Positions 11,792-21,867 of a stretch of DNA of 64,000 nucleotides are shown in pieces. Where the stretch lies: contig CAXXSR010000002.1 of assembly GCA_963662615.2 (NCBI GenBank), positions 96,001 to 160,000 of the forward strand. Direction: 5' to 3'. The translations under genes and the position numbers were made by a program. Position 1 is the stretch's first letter; each line of letters opens with the position of its first letter. Under the pieces are notes generated by a model. The model saw only the letters and a program-made list of their open reading frames with translations. It was not told the DNA's origin and made no database searches. This stretch comes from Dehalococcoidia bacterium (GTDB taxonomy: Bacteria > Chloroflexota > Dehalococcoidia > Bin125).

Positions 11792-12982
11792 TCAGATCAC
11801 GTGGCGGGTGCGCAGGTCGGCGATTGCCGCGGCGTCGAAGTCGAGCGTGGCCAGGAGTTCGTCGGTGTGCTCGCCGAGCGCCGGCGCCGGCAGCCGCATC
11901 CGCTCCGGCTGCGGAGCGCGCGCAAGGTGGATCGGTTGACCGACCACGCGGATCTCTCCGCGCTGCGCGTGGTCAACGGCTCTGGCGATGTCCAGGTGTT
12001 GGACCTGCGGATCGGCGAAGGTCTGATCGATCGTGTTGATGGGGCCGCAGGGAACTCCCGCGTCGTTGAACGCCTGCACCCAATGGCTGCTCGGCCGTTC
12101 GCGCGTCTTCTCCGAGATCACGGCGTTGAGCGCCTTGCGATTCTTTGAGCGTCGCTCGGGCGTGGCGTAATCGGGATGGTCGATCAGGTCGGAGCGACCG
12201 ATAGCCCTGCAGAGTCGCCGGTAGAGGGTGCTGTTCGACCCGGCGATGTTGATGTGCCCGTCCGCAGTAGGGAAGACCCCGGTGGGGATGAGAGTGGGGT
12301 GGTCATTGCCGGCTTGGCCGGGGACCTCACCGTCGATCAGCCAGCGCGTCGCCTGCAGGTCGAGCATCGCGATTTGGGCCTCCAGCAGGGAGGTGTGGAC
12401 CCACTGCCCCTGGCCGGAGCGCTCACGCTCGAAGAGCGCGAGCAAGATGCCCTGCGCCAGGTAGTTGCCCGCGCAGAGGTCGGCGATGGGAATGCCAACG
12501 CGGACCGGGCCCTGCCCGGCGAGCCCGGTGACCGACATGATCCCCCCGATCCCCTGCGCGATCTGGTCCACCCCCGGACGCTCCCGGTAGGGGCCGTCCT
12601 GTCCGAAGCCTGAGATGCTGCCGTAGATGATGCGGGGGTTGACGGCGCGGACGGCGTCGTAGTCCACGCCGAGGCGGTGTTTGACGGCGGGCCGGTAGTT
12701 CTCCACGACGATGTCGGCAGGTGTGGCGAGGCGCAGGAAGATGGCGCGTCCCTCGGCGTGGCTGAGGTTGAGCGTCATGCTGCGCTTGTTGCGATGGAGG
12801 TTGAGGAAGTCGGATCCTTCGCGCGGGCCGGCGAGGGCGTCGTCCGTCTCGGATCGGGGCGGCTGCTCGACCTTGATGACGTCGGCGCCCCAATCGGCGA
12901 GCTGCCGTGTGGCGGTCGGGCCGGCGCGGGCGCGCGTCAGATCAAGGACGACGATTCCATCCAGGGGCAGGCGGCCGGACAT
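11792..12982 (-). CDS. CaiB/BaiF family III CoA-transferase
   Basis: VVLDLTRARAGP, GADVIKVE, RNKRS, VENYRP, SISGFGQDGP; ATG 12982 with GAGGAGG SD. Confidence 0.92.
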   Translation of the reverse strand: MSGRLPLDGIVVLDLTRARAGPTATRQLADWGADVIKVEQPPRSETDDALAGPREGSDFLNLHRNKRSMTLNLSHAEGRAIFLRLATPADIVVENYRPAVKHRLGVDYDAVRAVNPRIIYGSISGFGQDGPYRERPGVDQIAQGIGGIMSVTGLAGQGPVRVGIPIADLCAGNYLAQGILLALFERERSGQGQWVHTSLLEAQIAMLDLQATRWLIDGEVPGQAGNDHPTLIPTGVFPTADGHINIAGSNSTLYRRLCRAIGRSDLIDHPDYATPERRSKNRKALNAVISEKTRERPSSHWVQAFNDAGVPCGPINTIDQTFADPQVQHLDIARAVDHAQRGEIRVVGQPIHLARAPQPERMRLPAPALGEHTDELLATLDFDAAAIADLRTRHVI

Positions 12983-13276
12983 GGGGACCTCCTCAGGTAC
13001 CGTGAGGATACCCGGCGGCGACGATACTGCGGCGCGATTGGAAGTGCTGATGCCGGCGCTGTCCCTGAACTCGCCGCCCGGGTCACTCCTGTAATCGCGG
13101 CGCGAATCATGTCGCGACAGAGCCTGCGGCCCCGGCTCCCCAGCCGTCGGCACCGGTCGCCCGATGCGGCCATTTGCGGCTCTTCCCGCCTTGGTGACTT
13201 GTGTCACAGCCGTCACGTCTGCCGTGCGATCGCCATCTACCTGCTAGTGAAGCGACGCCTGAGGACGGAGGCCCCG

Positions 13277-13489
13277 TTGCCCCTGCACGAGTCCGCAGCC
13301 CTGGAAGCGTTCGGGGAGACCCGCCTGCGCCAAGTCGCCCGTCTGGCGGCGTTGGAGCGAGCGCACACGGACGCGCTCAACGATCTGGGCTCGGTGGTGG
13401 TGACCCGCGCGATGATCACGCTGCTCAAAGATTGCATCGCCGCGGGCATTGACGAGCACCGCGTCGTCGCGGCCCTTCGCCCCGCATAG
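13277..13489 (+). CDS. hypothetical protein (70 aa)
   Basis: GGAGG SD then TTG; helical, coding-like composition. Confidence 0.5.
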   Translation: MPLHESAALEAFGETRLRQVARLAALERAHTDALNDLGSVVVTRAMITLLKDCIAAGIDEHRVVAALRPA

Positions 13490-13585
13490 CGCACCAGGTC
13501 GGGCTTCGGCGGCGGCGGCGCGCTTGCGGGCTCGGCGTGTCCCCATTGCCGCCCCGCGCCGGCGGCGCGGGGCGGCTGGACTGGC

Positions 13586-15247
13586 TCACCGCTCGGGCGG
13601 ATACAGCTCGAACAAGGCGCCAATCGCGGCCTGCACGACTTGGCCCCCGGGGCCTACGGGCCCAGCCCCGTTGCTGACCGCGATGCGCCCCGTCCCAAGC
13701 CCCGGGAAGAGGTAGACGGACGCATACCAGAGGCCGTTGCTGCCGTCATGGGTGTAGATCGCGCCGAACGGACTCTCGTACACGCCCCAGCCGAACGCAT
13801 ATTTGCCGTTGGGGTCGCCCTCATAGGGCACGTCGGCGGGGGTGAAGATCCGCTCGACGGTCGATCGGCTGAGAAAGTCGCTCTCGCCCTCGAGGCCGCG
13901 CATCAGCTCGCTGAGGAACTTCACCCAGTCGGCCATCGCGCAGTACACGGTACCGGCCGGGCCGATGACCGGATCCCGCCAGATTTCGGTGTCGGGCTGA
14001 GTCGGATCGATCGGTGTCCCGCTCGCATCGTGCCCCCAGGGCGCCTCCGAGCCGTCCGCGCCCGGTGCGCCGAATCCACACGACTCCATGCCGAGCGGCT
14101 CGAACAGCTCGGCCCGCATCAACTCCTCCCAGGCCATGCCGGTCGCCGTCTCCAGCGCCGCGCCGGCAACGACGTAGCCCAGATTCGCGTAGTGCGACGA
14201 CGTCCCCGGCTCGATCGGCGGTGGCATCTCGAGCAGGAGCCGCGCGATCACCGCTCGCTGCTCCTCGACGGGTAGTGCCAGCACCGAGTCGTCGGGGTCG
14301 AGTTCGACCGCGTCATCGATGCCCCCCGTGTGCGACAGCAGCTGGGCCAGCGTGACCGCCGCGTAGTCGGGGTGGATTGCGACACCGTGCGGGAACGCCT
14401 CGCTCAAGGTGGTGTCGAAGGAGACGCCGCGACCTTGCTCCTGCAGGCGCCCCAACAGGGCTGCGGTCATCGCCTTCACGTCCGAGCCGAGGTGGAAGCG
14501 GTCATCAACGGTCACGGGCGTGCTCTCGCCGCTTCTCCGAACGCCGATCGCAGCCGCATCGATGATCGTGCCGTCCACGCTGAAGATCGCCGCTGCCACT
14601 GCCGGCGCCCCAGCCTCTGCCAGGATCGCCTCGAGCGCCGCAGACAGCGTCTCGGCACTCGGCGGCTCCGCGCTCGGCGGCTCTACGCGCGGCGGCTCCG
14701 CGCTCGGCGGCTCCGCGCTCGGCGGCTCCCCGCTCGGCGGCTCCGCGCTCGGCGGCTCTACGCGCGGCGGCTCCGCGCTCGGCGGCTCCGCGCTCGGCGG
14801 CTCCCCGCTCGGCGGCTCCGCGCTCGGCGGCTCCGCGCTCGGTGGCTCCGCACTCGGTGGCTCCGCGCTCGGCGTCTCCGCGTTCGACGGCTCCACGCTC
14901 GGCGGCTGCGCGCCCGGACTGACTCGAGCCTCATCCGCGATGGCGGAATCAGCGAGCGCGGGTTCGTCCTGCGCCACGTCGCCGTTGCCGCAGGCGATGG
15001 CGACCCCGGCCGCGAGCGCCACAAGCGTCAGCGCCAACGACGTCACACCACGGCGGCGCACGGCGGCGAAGCCGATGCTGACGCCGTGGAGAGCCCGCAC
15101 GGCGGTGTCGCTGGAGCCGTAGACCTTCGTCCCCTCCACCACGCGGGCGGCGATCGCGCGATCGACCCCCGGGGGTGGCGGCGCCACGGTCGGGCGTTCG
15201 AGTGTCGGTGCGCCGAGCGCGGCGAATATCTGAGTTGCGAAGAACAT
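13586..15247 (-). CDS. serine hydrolase (beta-lactamase class C/PBP-like) lipoprotein with SAEPP linker and vestigial ABC-ATPase N-terminus
   Basis: GSDVK (SxxK), YAN (YxN), HDG; lipobox AIACG; ATG 15247 has GGAGGAG SD; alternative GTG start at 15061. Confidence 0.85.
   Translation of the reverse strand: MFFATQIFAALGAPTLERPTVAPPPPGVDRAIAARVVEGTKVYGSSDTAVRALHGVSIGFAAVRRRGVTSLALTLVALAAGVAIACGNGDVAQDEPALADSAIADEARVSPGAQPPSVEPSNAETPSAEPPSAEPPSAEPPSAEPPSGEPPSAEPPSAEPPRVEPPSAEPPSGEPPSAEPPSAEPPRVEPPSAEPPSAETLSAALEAILAEAGAPAVAAAIFSVDGTIIDAAAIGVRRSGESTPVTVDDRFHLGSDVKAMTAALLGRLQEQGRGVSFDTTLSEAFPHGVAIHPDYAAVTLAQLLSHTGGIDDAVELDPDDSVLALPVEEQRAVIARLLLEMPPPIEPGTSSHYANLGYVVAGAALETATGMAWEELMRAELFEPLGMESCGFGAPGADGSEAPWGHDASGTPIDPTQPDTEIWRDPVIGPAGTVYCAMADWVKFLSELMRGLEGESDFLSRSTVERIFTPADVPYEGDPNGKYAFGWGVYESPFGAIYTHDGSNGLWYASVYLFPGLGTGRIAVSNGAGPVGPGGQVVQAAIGALFELYPPER
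14652..14906. repeat. 15-bp coding tandem repeat (~17 units; SAEPP/SGEPP/RVEPP)
   Basis: GGCGGCTCCGCGCTC units read directly. Confidence 0.95.
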
Positions 15248-15527
15248 CTCAAGTCTCCTCCAGTGATGCCGCCCCCGGCGGTTGCCTGTGGGGCCGGTTG
15301 AACCTTGACGAGGAGTACCGTATGCAGAAAGCGGGCCGGAATCGCCCGCCGCGGGGACGATTCTGGCCGATCCGGCAGGGGGATCTTGGAGGTCGCACCG
15401 TCCGTCCCCGGGCGGACCTGCGCGGACGATCCCCACCCCGAGGCGGAGACAGACTCCGCCGCGCGGCGGAGGACGGCGCCGGGCGCTGGCTGCCATCATG
15501 TGAGCAGAGGCGAGCGGAGGAGCGACA

Positions 15528-16817
15528 ATGGCGCGCGCGGCGGACCCGGCACCTCCGGCCACTCCCGGCTCCCCGGGCTTGCCGTCGGACGCGCTTACGG
15601 CCTCGCATGCGACCGCGCGGTCACGGCGACTGTCGCGGCTGCGCTTGCCGCTGCCGCGTCCAACGAGGTCCGACTAGATCCTGGTCGGCGTGGTTCTGAG
15701 CATCGAAGTCGCGTCGATCATCGGCGAAGAGGTGCAGGACGAAGCGGACTTCACGCCACTGGTCTTGCCTTTGTTGGCGGCGGTGGTCGGGTCGTTGCTC
15801 TGGCGGCGCCGCTACCCCGTCGCCGTGCTGGCGATCGTCTCGCTGAGCGCGATTCTCTGGGCGATCTTCGATCCCATCGGCGACGGGGTCCTGCCGCTGC
15901 TCGTCGGGCTGTACTCGGTGGCGGTGTGGGAGCCGAATCGACGGCACGCGGTCGGCGCCGCGGTCGGGGTCGCGGCGATCGTCGTCGTCGTTATGGTCGT
16001 GCAGGTCGCCTTGGACGACCTGGAGCTGCTGGGGCTCGTGCTCTTCTCCCTGGTCTTCGTGGGTGCCTGGATGGTTGGCTGGGTCGTCCGCATCCGGCGC
16101 GAGCTTGCCGGGGAACGCACGGCCCGCCGCGAGGAGACGCTTCGCGAGGAGTCGCGTGCCGCGGCCGCGGCGGAGCGGGTGCGCATCGCCCGGGAGTTAC
16201 ACGACGTCGTGGCGCACAGCGTAGGCGTGATGACGGTGCAAGCGGGGGCGGCCCGGATGACCGCGAGGGGAAACCCGGCCGCGGCCACCGACGCGATCGC
16301 CGCGATCGAGGAGTCCGGCCGCGAGGCGATGCAGGAGCTGCGCCGCATTGTCACCGTGCTCCGCGCCCACCCGGATGCCGCCACTCAGAGCCCCCTGACG
16401 CCACAACCCGGCCTCGCCGATCTCGGCGAGCTCAAGAGTCGATTGGAGGGCGCGGGCGTTGGGGTGGCCGTTGAGGTCGAAGGCACCGCACGGGTCCTGC
16501 CCCCGGCCGTCGACCTGACCGCGTATCGCATCGTGCAGGAGGCCCTGACCAACGTGCTCAAGCACGCCGGGCCGGCGACTGCGACCGTGCGCGTGCGCTA
16601 TACCGAGGCCACGGTGGAGCTCGAAATCGCGGATAACGGCCAGGCGCGTCCGGGCGACCCGATCCCGGAGCGCGGCCACGGCCTGGTGGGAATGCGCGAG
16701 CGGGCCTCGCTGTTCGGCGGCACGGTGGAGGCGGGGCCGCACCCGCAGGGTGGCTTCCAGGTCCGGGCGGTCCTGCCGGCGCCCCCCGGAGACGCGGGTC
16801 TTGAGGAGCGGCGGTGA
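15528..16817 (+). CDS. NarQ/LiaS-type (HisKA_3) sensor histidine kinase with in-frame TAG at codon 50 (possible pseudogene or downstream restart at 15690)
   Basis: ERVRIARELHDVVAH, QEALTNVLKHA, GHGLVGMRER; ATG 15528 with GGAGGAG SD, TAG at 15675-15677. Confidence 0.85.
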
Positions 16818-17479
16818 TCCGCGCCGTCGTCGTCGATGATCAGGCGCTCGTGCGGACCGGCTTCGCGATGATCTTGAATAGCCAGGACGACATCGAAGTG
16901 GTCGGGGAGGCAGGGAACGGGCAGGAGGCGATCGATATGGTCGCGCGCCATCGCCCGGACGTCGTCCTGATGGACATCCGCATGCCGGAGCTGGACGGGA
17001 TCGAGGCGACCCGTCGGATCATCTCCGAGGCGGGGAATACTGCCCGCGTCCTGATCCTCACCACCTTCGACCCGGACGAGTATGTCTTCCAGGCCCTCCA
17101 AGCCGGGGCGAGCGGCTTCGTGCTCAAGGACATTCCGGCCGAGGATCTGGCCGCGGCGGTGCGGGTCCTCGCCCGCGGCGACGCGCTGCTCGCCCCCTCC
17201 ATCACCAAGCGGCTGATCGCGGAGTTCGCCCAGGCGGCGCCACGGCCGCCCCCGGACGACGTGGACGTCTCGGCCCTTACCGAGCGCGAGCGTGAGATCC
17301 TCGCGCTGGTCGCCCGCGGCCTTTCCAACGCCGAGATCGCGGACGAGCTGATGATCGGCGGGGCGACCGTCAAGTCGCACGTTTCCAGCGTCCTCGGCAA
17401 GCTGGGCCTGCGCGATCGCGTGCAGGCGGTTGTGTTCGCGCACGAGTACGACTTGGCAGGGCGGAAGGGGCCCGGCTGA
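16814..17479 (+). CDS. NarL/LuxR-family response regulator
   Basis: VVDDQALVR, VVLMDIRMP, LTERERE..GLSNAEIA HTH; overlaps the kinase stop. Confidence 0.95.
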   Translation: MIRAVVVDDQALVRTGFAMILNSQDDIEVVGEAGNGQEAIDMVARHRPDVVLMDIRMPELDGIEATRRIISEAGNTARVLILTTFDPDEYVFQALQAGASGFVLKDIPAEDLAAAVRVLARGDALLAPSITKRLIAEFAQAAPRPPPDDVDVSALTEREREILALVARGLSNAEIADELMIGGATVKSHVSSVLGKLGLRDRVQAVVFAHEYDLAGRKGPG

Positions 17480-17723
17480 CGCCGTTCGCCGTAGACGGCG
17501 GTCCAACGGCCGGCCCCATTCGAGGCGGATGATCGCCGTACGCGGCGTTCGCGGGGCCCGTCAGGTCCGACCGCGGGCCGTGCGCGCCGGGCAGCCCCTT
17601 GTCGGGGACACGAGCAACGTGCTCGGGGGTGTCGATGGCCGCCGACCGGATCCGCAGCCGCTCGCCGCAGGCGGCGTTCCGGCCGCTGCCGGCGGTGGCG
17701 GAGACGGCGAAGTGGGGGGGTAA

Positions 17724-17800
<77 letters not shown>

Positions 17801-17857
17801 GCCTGAATGGAGGCTACGCGGCGGCGCGGTCGGAGACAAGCGCTTGGGCCGCATCCG

Positions 17858-18433
17858 CTAGAGCGACGTAGAGCCCTCGTCCTCGCTGGTAGCGCCCGGC
17901 GAGGCCTCCGTCGTCGTGGTGGTCCCGCCCGCGGGCTCCTCGGTTGCGGCTTCGTCATCGGGCGTGGTGGGCGGTGGCTCTGGCGTGAAATCGGGAGGCG
18001 GGATGCGCAGCTCCTGGCCCACACGAAGCCTGTCAGGGTTGGCGAGGTCGTTGTAGGCGGCGAGCGCTTGGATGGTGGTCTGGAAGCGTCGGGCGATGGC
18101 GCCGAGCGTGTCGCCGGCCAGGACGGTGTAGACGTCCTGGTCCTCCTCCACCTGCAGGTCCGACTCCTCCAGCGGAATCTGCTCGATCCGCGCGACGGGC
18201 GCCGGCTCATCGGGAGGGGGAGGCTCCAAGATCAGCGACGGCGCGGCGGGCAGGAGGTTGGTCCCGGTCGCGGCTGTGAGCGCCTCGTTGGGCTCATCCT
18301 CGTCCGCGGACAGGAGGCTGAACTCCGTGACCAGGAGGACCGCAACCGTGATGGGGATCGCCAGAACGAGAATCGCGAGCAGGCCCAGGGTCCGACCGGA
18401 CCAACCCCAAGTGGAGGGCGGCCTGGCGCTCAC
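17858..18433 (-). CDS. membrane-anchored LysM peptidoglycan-binding protein
   Basis: N-terminal TM; [34 protein letters not shown]. Confidence 0.9.
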   Translation of the reverse strand: MSARPPSTWGWSGRTLGLLAILVLAIPITVAVLLVTEFSLLSADEDEPNEALTAATGTNLLPAAPSLILEPPPPDEPAPVARIEQIPLEESDLQVEEDQDVYTVLAGDTLGAIARRFQTTIQALAAYNDLANPDRLRVGQELRIPPPDFTPEPPPTTPDDEAATEEPAGGTTTTTEASPGATSEDEGSTSL

Positions 18434-18435
18434 GG

Positions 18436-18540
18436 CGCGGTCCTCGGAGCGGCGGTTCTAGGAGCGGCGGTTCTAGGAGCGGCGTTCCTAAGAGCTGCGG
18501 TCTTAGGAGCTGCGTTCCTAAGAGCGCTGGTCCTAGGAGC
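18436..18540. repeat. 7 x 15-bp degenerate tandem repeat spanning a stop codon
   Basis: units like GGCGGTTCTAGGAGC; six in-frame TAG/TAA on the minus strand. Confidence 0.9.
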
Positions 18541-18757
18541 GGCGGCCCTCACCCCGCCGCGCATCCAGTACCGGCTCGTCCAGGTAGACGTCGCCGTTGC
18601 GGATCTTGATGTTGTAGCCGCACTCGGGATTCGTGCAGACCCAGGCCTTGAACTGGATCGAGGCGCCCTGCCCGCCGAAATCGGAGAGCGGCACCAAGGC
18701 GCCCCCCTGGCAGCGCTGACAACGCGGAAATGCCAATTGCAGTTCACCAGCAACCAC
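18533..18757 (-). CDS. small zinc-ribbon-like protein
   Basis: CQRC..LVPLSDFG..KAWVCTNPECG (four Cys). Confidence 0.75.
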   Translation of the reverse strand: MVAGELQLAFPRCQRCQGGALVPLSDFGGQGASIQFKAWVCTNPECGYNIKIRNGDVYLDEPVLDARRGEGRRS

Positions 18758-18972
18758 CCGTCCATCCCTTTCCCCGCAAGACGCTGCGGCACTACAGAAA
18801 GTTCCAGGCCGCCGTCCACGCCTCGGTCGTCGCCTATTGTACCCCGGCGTCGCTTTACGCCCTTCTTACATGTTGATCACCGCTCCTTGATTCTGTGGCG
18901 CGATAGTGCAGTGGCGCGATAGTGCGGTGGGATGCGGTCACTGCCGGCTGCCGGTTCCGAAGGAGCATAACC

Positions 18973-19869
18973 ATGCCGCAACATCCGTGGCTCAGTTTGA
19001 CGGCGCTCGCCGTCGCGGTGGCCAGCATTGGGCTGGGGACCGCGGCGCTCGTTCTCGCCTTGGATGAGGACGACCCCGTGTTCGTGACCGCGCAGCCGGG
19101 GCTGCGCGCCGCTCCGGCCTTTTCGCTGGTCCCCGAGCAGCAGCGCGACCGATTCCCAGGCGACTTCGAGCCGCCGGACCTGGACCGGTTCCGCGAACGG
19201 TTCCGGGAGGCCCGAGCGGAGGAGTCGGGCGCGCAGCTCGGCGTCAACATCGCCGAAACGGACGGTGGCATTGTGGTGCAGGCGGTAATTCCCGAGAGCG
19301 CGGCCGAGAGGGCGGGGCTGCGCGAGGGCGATGTCATCATCGCGTTCGACGGGGAGTCTATCGACGACGCCGCATCGCTCCGCGCGGCGGTGCAGGAGCG
19401 CGAGGTGGGGGACGAAGTAACGCTCACGGTTGAGCGGGACGAGGAGAGGCAGCGACTTGACGTCACCCTGGGCGAGCGCCGCTTCGGGGCGGCGTTCCCC
19501 GAACGTCCGCCGACGCCGTTCGAGGGGCCGCTGGGCGAGATCCTGCGCAACGTGCCCTTCGCGTTCGCCCTGGGGGGCGCGGAGGCGTTGAGAGGCGGCC
19601 TGCGCTCGTTCACCTTCAGGGGCAGCGATGCCGAGGGCAAGGCGATCACGGTGGAGCTGATCGTGGGCGCGTTGATCGAATTTAACGACGCCGAGGTCCG
19701 CGTTGGGGAGGGCGACGAGGCGCGGAGCTTCGAGGTGACGGAGGAGACGGACGTTGCGCCGGAGGGCGTCACGGTCGGCGAAGGTGACCAGGTCATGGTG
19801 GTCGCCGTGAACGGCGTCGCGATGGTGGTGGTCAAGGCCGAGTCGCTGCGGCTGCCGGCCTTCGGCTAG
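18973..19869 (+). CDS. secreted/membrane PDZ-domain protein
   Basis: signal/TM segment, LGV..SAAERAGLREGDVIIAFDG PDZ; AGGAG SD. Confidence 0.85.
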   Translation: MPQHPWLSLTALAVAVASIGLGTAALVLALDEDDPVFVTAQPGLRAAPAFSLVPEQQRDRFPGDFEPPDLDRFRERFREARAEESGAQLGVNIAETDGGIVVQAVIPESAAERAGLREGDVIIAFDGESIDDAASLRAAVQEREVGDEVTLTVERDEERQRLDVTLGERRFGAAFPERPPTPFEGPLGEILRNVPFAFALGGAEALRGGLRSFTFRGSDAEGKAITVELIVGALIEFNDAEVRVGEGDEARSFEVTEETDVAPEGVTVGEGDQVMVVAVNGVAMVVVKAESLRLPAFG

Positions 19870-21500
19870 GCGCGCCCCTTCTCCCCTGCCGCCGCGTCCC
19901 ACTGCGGGCGCTTGTAGAGGAAGTATTCGAAGGCGTCGGAGAGGGCCATCCAGGACGCGTCGATAACGTCGGTGGAGGAGCCGACGGTGTTCCAGATGTG
20001 CTCGCCGTCCGTGGACTCGATCAGGACGCGCACGGAGGCCTCCGTCCCGGCCCCGGCGTCAAGAATGCGCACCTTGTAGTCCAGCAGGTGCATGCGGTCG
20101 ATCTCGGGATAAGCCTCTCGCAGACCCTTGCGGACCGACTGATCGAGGGCGTTGACGGGGCCGTTGCCGTCGGCGGCGGTCTGATAGACGTTGCCGCCGA
20201 CGGCGATCTTGGTCATGGCCTCGGCCGCCATCTCGTTGCCGGCATCATCATCGCCGCCGTGATGACGGCGGCGCTCGACGATGAGGAAGTCGTCAAGCAC
20301 GAACGGAGGCGTGTAGGCGGCACGGAGCCGCAGGGCCAGGAGCTCGAAGGAGGCCTCGGCGCCTTCGTACTGGTAGCCGCGGCTCTCCATGGTCTTGACC
20401 CGCTCCAAGAGGGCGCGCGTCTCGTCCTTGTTGAGGGGGAAGTCCAGCCCCCGCTCCTGGAGCTTGTAGGAGATGTTGCGCTGCCCGGAAAGCTCGCTGA
20501 CGAGGACGCGGCGGGCGTTGCCGACGAGCGCCGGCTTGACGTGTTGGTAGGTGTCCTCATCCTTCATGATGCCGGCCACGTGATAGCCGGCCTTGTGGGC
20601 GAAGGCGCTCTGGCCCACGTACGAGGCCTGGTTGGGCAGGGGCAGGTTGGCCAGCTCCGCGACGAACAGGCTGACGTTGGTCAAGTCGCGGAGCTGGTCG
20701 TCGGAGACGAGCGGGATCCCCATCTTGAGTTGCAGATCGGCGATGACGCTGGTCAGGTTGGCGTTGCCGCAGCGCTCGCCATAGCCGTTGACGCAGCCCT
20801 GCACCTGGATCACGCCGGCCTCCACGGCTGCCAGGGTGTTGGCGACCGCCAACTCACAGTCGTTGTGGCAGTGGATGCCGAAGCGGGCCTCCGGCACGGC
20901 TTCGCGCGCGGCGGCGACGGCGGCCAACAGCGCGGAGGTGATCGCGCCGCCGTTGGTGTCGCAGAGGACCAGGTACTCCGCGCCTGCACGCTGGGCGGTC
21001 TGGAGCGTCTGGAGGGCGTAATCAGGGTCCTGTCTGAAGCCGTCGAAGAAGTGCTCGGCGTCGAAGTGGACCTCGCGGCCCTGATCACGCAGGTAGGCGA
21101 CGGACTCGCGGATCATGGCGAGGTTCTCTTCCTTGGAGGTCTCGAGGGCGACGTCAACGTGGTAGGCGCTGGCCTTGCCGACGAGCGTGACGACGGGGCT
21201 CTGCGCCGCGACGAGCGCCTGGATGCTGAAGTCCTCCTCCACGCGGGAGTCCGGCTTGCGGGTGCCGCCGAAGGCGACGAGCTTGGCCCGCTGCAGGGGC
21301 TGCGCCTGCATGCGCTGGAAGAACGCCTTGTCCTTCTCGTTGCTGCCGGGAAAGCCGCCTTCAACGTAGTCAATGCCGAGTCCGTCGAGCCGATGTGCGA
21401 TGGCGACCTTGTCGTCCAGCGAGAAGGCGATGCCCTCCATCTGGGAGCCGTCGCGCAGGAGGGTGTCGTAGAGGATGACGCGGGGGGCCTGGTCAGTCAT
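19866..21500 (-). CDS. cimA: citramalate synthase
   Basis: YDTLLRDGSQMEG, DAEHFFDG, HCHND, GYGERCGNA, LeuA-type allosteric domain. Confidence 0.92.
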   Translation of the reverse strand: MTDQAPRVILYDTLLRDGSQMEGIAFSLDDKVAIAHRLDGLGIDYVEGGFPGSNEKDKAFFQRMQAQPLQRAKLVAFGGTRKPDSRVEEDFSIQALVAAQSPVVTLVGKASAYHVDVALETSKEENLAMIRESVAYLRDQGREVHFDAEHFFDGFRQDPDYALQTLQTAQRAGAEYLVLCDTNGGAITSALLAAVAAAREAVPEARFGIHCHNDCELAVANTLAAVEAGVIQVQGCVNGYGERCGNANLTSVIADLQLKMGIPLVSDDQLRDLTNVSLFVAELANLPLPNQASYVGQSAFAHKAGYHVAGIMKDEDTYQHVKPALVGNARRVLVSELSGQRNISYKLQERGLDFPLNKDETRALLERVKTMESRGYQYEGAEASFELLALRLRAAYTPPFVLDDFLIVERRRHHGGDDDAGNEMAAEAMTKIAVGGNVYQTAADGNGPVNALDQSVRKGLREAYPEIDRMHLLDYKVRILDAGAGTEASVRVLIESTDGEHIWNTVGSSTDVIDASWMALSDAFEYFLYKRPQWDAAAGEKGRA

Positions 21501-21673
21501 GGCGATATCTCACGAGTTCAGGCCGGAGGCCGGCGGGTAGGCGGTCGGAAAGGGAAACGGGCGCTGTGAGAGCGGGACCGGACCGAGCCGCTAGGCGCGT
21601 CGGGCGTCCTTCGACCCTTCGGCAAGCTCAGGACAGGCAGGCTCAGAATGAGCGGGAGCCCACGCGCCGGCCG

Positions 21674-21763
21674 CTACAGCACTCGGGTCAGGGCAATCGC
21701 ATCCGCCGCGTGATGAACCGCGGCGGAGGAGCGCTCCTTTGGTGTGCAGGCGAGGTGGTTCAC
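21674..21763 (-). promoter_or_regulatory. putative leader peptide of cimA (29 aa ending IALTRVL)
   Basis: TTGCCG-N18-TACGTT promoter, GAGGA SD, GTG..TAG ORF with clustered Ile/Leu/Thr/Val codons at its 3' end. Confidence 0.45.
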
Positions 21764-21867
21764 GTATCCGTTCCTCACGAATCCGGGCGAGCAGACGGAT
21801 CCAACGTAGCGCGGCGGCCGGGCTGGCGGCAAGGGGATGCAGGCGAGCAGGAGTGGGCGCGGTGAAG

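Noticed and set aside
13194-13207. GTGAC-N4-GTCAC palindrome as an operator
   Set aside because: Single short copy with no assignable regulator
14652-14906. CRISPR or non-coding repeat
   Set aside because: In-frame coding VNTR within the hydrolase
13586-17723. Integrative island at tRNA-Pro
   Set aside because: No integrase and no duplicated tRNA 3' end found
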